This document shows, in pieces, positions 59,021 through 64,000 of a DNA stretch of 64,000 nucleotides. The stretch covers positions 320,001-384,000 of the forward strand of contig JAVZCZ010000001.1 of the NCBI GenBank assembly GCA_038874135.1. Reading direction: 5' to 3'. The translations under genes were made by a program, and so were the position numbers. How positions within the stretch are numbered: the first letter of the stretch is position 1; each line of letters opens with the position of its first letter. The notes beneath the pieces were generated by a model that saw nothing but the letters and a program-made list of their open reading frames with translations, searched no databases and was not told the DNA's origin. This DNA is from Candidatus Woesearchaeota archaeon. Its GTDB lineage: Archaea; Nanobdellota; Nanobdellia; Woesearchaeales; 0-14-0-80-44-23.

Positions 59021-59115
59021 GTATTATATAAATCTTTCTAAAATGTTAAGCAAAAATAAAAATTAAATATTTTTCATTAAAAAGGTTTAAAAAGTTACAC
59101 ACAAATGCAGATTTG

Positions 59116-60078
59116 ATGGAATACATATTTTCAAGCTGTATAGGAAGCTTCGCCCTGGACAAGAACCTTAAAACTTTAAAGTTCCTCGGAAGCGATAATC
59201 CCGTAGAAAATCATTTAAAAATCTTAGGGGGAATGCTAACTAAAGAAGATGAAGCACTATTAAAAGAATATCCTGAAGCAAAAGTGCTCAGAACAATTGG
59301 CAGTGAAGACGGAAAAATTGTAAAGGCAAGTCCTGAAATTTTGAGAAGTATACTCCTAGAATTGTCTTCGCAGAACTATTTAAGAATGTTGAGAGATGCA
59401 AACCTAAGAATATGTGGAAAAAGCCTTTCTGAAAGTGTATCACCCGACATTCTGATAATACAGCAGGCAGATGCCATTTCAGAGCTATCCAAAACTGCCA
59501 ACCTGCTTTCCAGGCGTCTAAGAGAGTGGTACGAACTCTACAACCCCGAGGTGTCTAGACGGATTCAGGACCATGAAAGGTTCGTGGAAATGGTGTGCAG
59601 CTCAAAAAAAGAGGAGCTGCTCAAAGAGATGGGTATTGAAAAAGAGCAATCCATAGGAAGCGACTTAAATGAAAGACAACTATCCTCATTAATGTCCCTG
59701 GCAGAACATGTTAAAAACATATTTAGAGAGATAAAAAAGCAAGAAAGCTTATTAGAAGCGGAAATGAGAGAAAACTATCCTAAGCTGTATGAGGCTGTTG
59801 GGCCAAGCATAGGAGCAAAACTAATAGCCCTTGCTGGCGGAATTCGCAACCTTGCTGAGATGCCCTCATCAAAGATACAGGTCTTAGGTGCAGAGAAAGC
59901 ACTTTTCAGACACTTAAAAACGGGATCCAGGCCTCCAAAGTATGGAGTCATATGCCAGCATCAGAGTGTTATGAACGCTTCGGAGAGGGATAAAGGAAAA
60001 GCTGCGAGGAAGCTTGCTGCAAAGGCGAGTATAGCAGCCAAAATAGACTATTTCAGGAAGGTGCAAAATGCAGATTAG
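59116..60078 (+). CDS. nop5: C/D box RNP protein Nop5 (Nop56/58)
   Basis: RLREWY...NPE, LA.MPSS.IQVLGAEKALFRHL..G..PPKYG. Confidence 0.92.
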   Translation: MEYIFSSCIGSFALDKNLKTLKFLGSDNPVENHLKILGGMLTKEDEALLKEYPEAKVLRTIGSEDGKIVKASPEILRSILLELSSQNYLRMLRDANLRICGKSLSESVSPDILIIQQADAISELSKTANLLSRRLREWYELYNPEVSRRIQDHERFVEMVCSSKKEELLKEMGIEKEQSIGSDLNERQLSSLMSLAEHVKNIFREIKKQESLLEAEMRENYPKLYEAVGPSIGAKLIALAGGIRNLAEMPSSKIQVLGAEKALFRHLKTGSRPPKYGVICQHQSVMNASERDKGKAARKLAAKASIAAKIDYFRKVQNAD

Positions 60079-60745
60079 AAAATCAAAATTTTACGGGGTT
60101 TTTGAATCGGATGAGAAGAAACGCAGAATCTTCACACAGAATCTAAACCCGGGCGTTCAAGTCTATGGGGAGCAGATAGTGCTTAGCGGCGGTTATGAGT
60201 TTAGAGAGTGGAATCCTATGCGGAGCAAGCTGGCTGCTTTTATAATGAGAGGTGCTAATCAGATTGCTGTGAAGCCTGGAAGTAAAGTTCTCTACCTGGG
60301 AGCTGCTTCTGGAACAACAGTTAGCCATGTTTCTGATATTGTAGGAGAGGAAGGTTTCATATTTGCAGTTGACTTCGCACCGAGAGTTGTCAGGGACTTG
60401 TTCTTCCTTGCTAGAGAAAGGCACAACATCGCTCCGATTTTAGCAGACGCAAACATGCCTGAATCGTATGCTCATTTGATTAGCAGTGTGGACTTCATTT
60501 ATCAAGATGTTGCACAGCCAAACCAGGTTGAGATATTTCTTAAGAATGCAGAACTATTCCTCAGAGATGGCGGTTTTGCCATGATAGCAATAAAGGCGAG
60601 GAGCATAGATGTGACCAAGCAGCCTAAAATAATCTTTGAAAATGCCAAGAAGATTATTTCAAAGAAGCTATTAATAGTTGATTTCAGAGAGCTGGATCCG
60701 TACGAGAGGGATCACTGCATAATCCTTTGTAAGAAAAAAAGGTGA
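60068..60745 (+). CDS. flpA: Fibrillarin-like rRNA/tRNA 2'-O-methyltransferase
   Basis: REWNP.RSKLAA, VLYLGAASGTTVSHVSD, YQDVAQPNQ, IKARSID. Confidence 0.96.
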   Translation: MQIRKSKFYGVFESDEKKRRIFTQNLNPGVQVYGEQIVLSGGYEFREWNPMRSKLAAFIMRGANQIAVKPGSKVLYLGAASGTTVSHVSDIVGEEGFIFAVDFAPRVVRDLFFLARERHNIAPILADANMPESYAHLISSVDFIYQDVAQPNQVEIFLKNAELFLRDGGFAMIAIKARSIDVTKQPKIIFENAKKIISKKLLIVDFRELDPYERDHCIILCKKKR

Positions 60746-61500
60746 GTAGTATGATGTCGTGGATTATGATTGGATTTATTTTGTTTTTTGTGTTACTAAT
60801 TGCTCTAGCAGTTTTGTTAAAGATCACAAAAGTCGTTTTCAAAATATTATTAGTTCTTTCTACTCTAACATTACTACTTGTTGTAGGTTTTGGAATACTA
60901 ATCTTCAACGACTTTAAAGAATTCTCTAAAAATGCTTACGACTCGGTATATTACTTAAGCAGGGGAAACCATTCTCTCATAGCGGGCTTTTCAATTAATC
61001 CGAACACCAAGCAGGTGGCCCATGTTGAGAATGATGAATTAAAACGGCTTAGCGTAGATTATAAGAATAAGAACTATTCAGCAATCCTCAGGGGGCATTA
61101 TAAGATTTTCATAGTTGATGCTGACTTTCTAGCAGGGATAAATAAAAGTGTAAAGTTGTTTGAAGAGCAAGCGAGCTTTTCAGACATGATAAGCTGCACA
61201 GAGCTAGAAGAGGATAATGAGTTAAAGAGTTGCATCTCAAAATTTATTAATAAAGAGGAAGCAGAATTGATTATGAAAGAGAATATGGAAATTAGAGATA
61301 TACTATTTGAAGCTGTAATGTCTGAAGTGTTATCTAAGTATCCATACCTTATGATAGAAGGGATAAGCTCGCATAAGATAAAAGTTTATCCGGAAACTCC
61401 TATGTTTATCGCAATGAAAATGGTGCCAACTTCTCTATTGAGGCAGGTTATTTCAAAAAATTTAAAAGCTGAAGCTCAAACATTTATTAAAAAAACCTGA
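60742..61500 (+). CDS. Hypothetical membrane protein
   Basis: Two N-terminal TMs then a soluble domain ending VYPET..F. Confidence 0.7.
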   Translation: MSSMMSWIMIGFILFFVLLIALAVLLKITKVVFKILLVLSTLTLLLVVGFGILIFNDFKEFSKNAYDSVYYLSRGNHSLIAGFSINPNTKQVAHVENDELKRLSVDYKNKNYSAILRGHYKIFIVDADFLAGINKSVKLFEEQASFSDMISCTELEEDNELKSCISKFINKEEAELIMKENMEIRDILFEAVMSEVLSKYPYLMIEGISSHKIKVYPETPMFIAMKMVPTSLLRQVISKNLKAEAQTFIKKT

Positions 61501-61547
61501 ACTGGTAAATGGACTGATAAAAATTGATTAAAAAAGTAAAAAGCGAA

Positions 61548-61766
61548 ATGGAAAAAGATTCTGAGATCAACGAAAATTCCTCACTAGCTGAAGTGCTACA
61601 AATTCCGGGAGCAGACGAAGTGCTTCACAAATACAGCCTCCCCTGCATGGGCTGCCCACTGATTGGCTTTGAGATTGGAATGCTAAAACTTGGAGAAGTG
61701 TGTAGAACATACGGAATTGATGAAAAGAAGGTAATAAGCGAAATAAGAAACCTAAAAAAGAAATAA
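61548..61766 (+). CDS. DUF1858-like small Cys protein
   Basis: I.....L.EVL, PCMGCP....E...L.EVC..YGID. Confidence 0.75.
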   Translation: MEKDSEINENSSLAEVLQIPGADEVLHKYSLPCMGCPLIGFEIGMLKLGEVCRTYGIDEKKVISEIRNLKKK

Positions 61767-61815
61767 AAAGGTATTTCTAGGAAATTTTTTAAATTGGAAA
61801 AAATCTAAACTTCAA

Positions 61816-63441
61816 GTGAAACCGCATAATCGGTTGGGAAATAGGATAAAACATATTATAGACAGAGGAGACCCTCTGCTTAGCATCGCACTTGACACGG
61901 TGAGAATTGGAAAACAAGCGCTAATATTTCTAAATACTAAGCAAAGGGCTGAAAAAACTGCTGAAGAGATTTCTAAACACCTTATAGTTGAAGAACAGAA
62001 TAAGAAAAAACTAGATGCACTATCCGAAGAAGTGCTTTCAGCTCTAGAAAGCCCAACTGAACAGTGTAAAAGACTTGCATCCTGCATAAAGACGGGAATC
62101 GCATTTCACCACTCAGGACTTGTCCAAAAACAAAGGGAATTAATAGAAGAAAATTTTAGAAATGGTACAATAAAGATCATATGCTGCACTCCAACCTTAG
62201 CATATGGCCTAGATCTTCCTGCCTTCAGGGTTGTAGTCAGAGACCTAAAAAGATTTGGAGCCCGCGGCATGGAATTAATACCAGTGCTTGAGGTTCAGCA
62301 GATGTTCGGAAGGGCTGGAAGACCGTCTTATGATAGTGAAGGAGAAGCGTTGTGCATTGCTGAAAACGAAACGCAAGAAGAAATGATTAGAGAAAAATAC
62401 TTCACGGCAGAGCCTGAGCCGATTTATTCAAAACTCGCAGTTGAGCCCGTACTCAGAACATACCTTTTAAGCTTAATCTCCTCAGGCATAGTAAGTAACC
62501 TTCAAGAAATAATCTCATTCTTTAATAAGACATTCTGGGCGCACCAATTCAGAGACACTAAAACATTTCAGAAGATAATCAAGAATACGTTAGAAGAGCT
62601 AGAAGAGTGGGAATTCATATCCTCTGGAGAGAAAGAAAAGAAAGGTGAAGAATTTTTAAGTGCCTACGAAATTAAAAACATGAACGCTCATACAGAAAGA
62701 AATGTTTTCTCAACACGAATTGGACAGAGAGTTTCTCAACTATACATAGATCCACTTACAGCTCACCAGATGATTCAATGTTTAAAAAGGGCAGAGAGAA
62801 AAGAACACGACACCTTTGCATACCTTCAAATGATAAGCAACACCCTTGAAATGAAGCCGCTTCTAAATGTTAAAAATAAGGAGCTTGAAGAGATTTATGA
62901 CTTCCTCTTAGAACACGAGCAACTTCTACTAGTGGTTCCGCCAAAGGAATACGAGGTGGAATATGATGATTTTATAAGATCTGTAAAAACTGCAATGCTA
63001 TTTAACGACTGGATTGAAGAAAAAAGCGAAGATTACCTTATGGAAAAATATGGAATAAGGCCTGGAGAATTTTCTGTCAAGCGGGGAAATGCTGACTGGC
63101 TGCTCTACTCCTGTGAGGAGCTCTGCAAGATTCTCAGTTTAAGAGAGTGTGAATCGGAGTTGCGGCGCTTAAGAATAAGGATGGAATATGGAGCCAAAGA
63201 AGAGCTCGTTCCACTTCTGCGCCTGAAAGGAATTGGAAGGATAAAAGCAAGAATTCTGTATAACAACAGGATAAGAGACTTGGGAGATGTTAAGAAGACT
63301 CCCATGGCAGCTCTGACAAGCATCCTTGGAAAGACCCTGGCTATAAGCATAAAGGCTCAGGTTGGAGAATCTCCCAAGGAAGAAGCTGAAAATTCAGGAA
63401 CGCTCTTAAATGGAAGTTGGCATCCTCTTTCTGAAGAGTAG
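61816..63441 (+). CDS. Hel308/Ski2-like helicase, C-terminal portion only (no RecA1 domain)
   Basis: GIAFHHSGL, TPTLAYGLDLPA, QMFGRAGRP.YD..GE, G..VS.LYIDP, C-terminal HhH LKGIGRIKAR.LY; no Walker A or DExH motif. Confidence 0.8.
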   Translation: MKPHNRLGNRIKHIIDRGDPLLSIALDTVRIGKQALIFLNTKQRAEKTAEEISKHLIVEEQNKKKLDALSEEVLSALESPTEQCKRLASCIKTGIAFHHSGLVQKQRELIEENFRNGTIKIICCTPTLAYGLDLPAFRVVVRDLKRFGARGMELIPVLEVQQMFGRAGRPSYDSEGEALCIAENETQEEMIREKYFTAEPEPIYSKLAVEPVLRTYLLSLISSGIVSNLQEIISFFNKTFWAHQFRDTKTFQKIIKNTLEELEEWEFISSGEKEKKGEEFLSAYEIKNMNAHTERNVFSTRIGQRVSQLYIDPLTAHQMIQCLKRAERKEHDTFAYLQMISNTLEMKPLLNVKNKELEEIYDFLLEHEQLLLVVPPKEYEVEYDDFIRSVKTAMLFNDWIEEKSEDYLMEKYGIRPGEFSVKRGNADWLLYSCEELCKILSLRECESELRRLRIRMEYGAKEELVPLLRLKGIGRIKARILYNNRIRDLGDVKKTPMAALTSILGKTLAISIKAQVGESPKEEAENSGTLLNGSWHPLSEE

Positions 63442-63442
63442 C

Positions 63443-64000
63443 TTATCTACGCTGCAGTTTTCTGAACATCAGCTTTATTTCAGGAAAGGATAGCTTTCTA
63501 TACCTTCCGGGAGCCAGCCCATTTATTGAGAGGCTTCCTATTCTGACTCTGAGAAGTCTTACTACCTTGTAGCCAAGTACTTCAAACATCTTCTTTATCT
63601 GATGCTTTTTACCCTCATGCATTATAATCCTCACGGCCTTTGAATCTTCTAATGTTTCAGCTTTGAGAGGCCAGCTCTTACTACCATTAAAATCTACACC
63701 CTGTCTCAACAATTTAAGATCCTTGCTTTTTATGGGCCTGTCAATCCAGACGAGGTACTCCTTTTCTGTTTCATATCTAGGATGCGTTATAAGGTTTGTG
63801 ATTTCCCCATCATTTGTAAGGAGCACAAGCCCTTCTGAATCAAAATCCAGCCTGCCAGCAGGGTATACCCTCTCTTTAACCCGTACAAAATCTGCAATGC
63901 TCTTTCTTCCAGGCGTTTTTTCCATACTGCATAGAACAAATTTTGGCTTATAGAATAGGATATAAGTTTTTCTTTCATGCGCGAGTTCCCTGCCGTCAAC
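63443..64000 (-). CDS. RsuA/RluB-family pseudouridine synthase (5' end outside window)
   Basis: Frame is open to the window edge (VDGRE..YILFYKP); GRLD..SEGL.LLTNDG, EGKKHQIK.M, L.RVRIG. Confidence 0.92.
   Translation of the reverse strand, partial: VDGRELAHERKTYILFYKPKFVLCSMEKTPGRKSIADFVRVKERVYPAGRLDFDSEGLVLLTNDGEITNLITHPRYETEKEYLVWIDRPIKSKDLKLLRQGVDFNGSKSWPLKAETLEDSKAVRIIMHEGKKHQIKKMFEVLGYKVVRLLRVRIGSLSINGLAPGRYRKLSFPEIKLMFRKLQRR

Noticed and set aside
61816-61830. Split-intein C-fragment at the start of the Hel308 ORF (MKPHN)
   Set aside because: HN is followed by Arg, not Cys/Ser/Thr, and there is no intein block F.

Overview
Gene-dense archaeal chromosome segment, most consistent with a DPANN lineage (Woesearchaeota-like). 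That assignment is an inference from the archaeal informational genes (rfcL, cca, nop5, fibrillarin, nmd3, hel308, A1-U72 tRNA-Gln), TATA-box promoters, bacterial-type metK/grpE/RsuA-family genes, and the near absence of biosynthetic pathway genes. Most of the window is housekeeping: cysS, valS, glyS, smc, sepF, smsCB/sufCB, tRNA-Phe and tRNA-Gln. The main accessory block (22.5-39.6 kb) is a single-strand cluster: a small RHH regulator, a 3069-aa Cys-rich multidomain surface protein, several class III signal-peptide pilin-like genes, a pilus ATPase and two platform proteins. Inside the giant gene are three ~300-bp domain-sized cassettes that almost completely lack T-ending codons, two of them ~98% identical. 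This suggests an undescribed, strand-biased domain copying/exchange process. Other candidates: a structured three-way-junction leader on the DEAD-box helicase gene; a membrane-anchored wHTH regulator with 10-bp-phased GGAAC repeats upstream of secreted proteins; a Cys-containing HTH regulator with a perfect palindrome upstream of smsCB; Lrp/metK regulatory elements; an uncharacterised gene pair (coiled-coil protein plus TIM barrel with large insertion); and a Hel308 lacking its N-terminal ATPase domain. No CRISPR array, transposase, integrase or rRNA was seen. All calls are by eye, without database searches.
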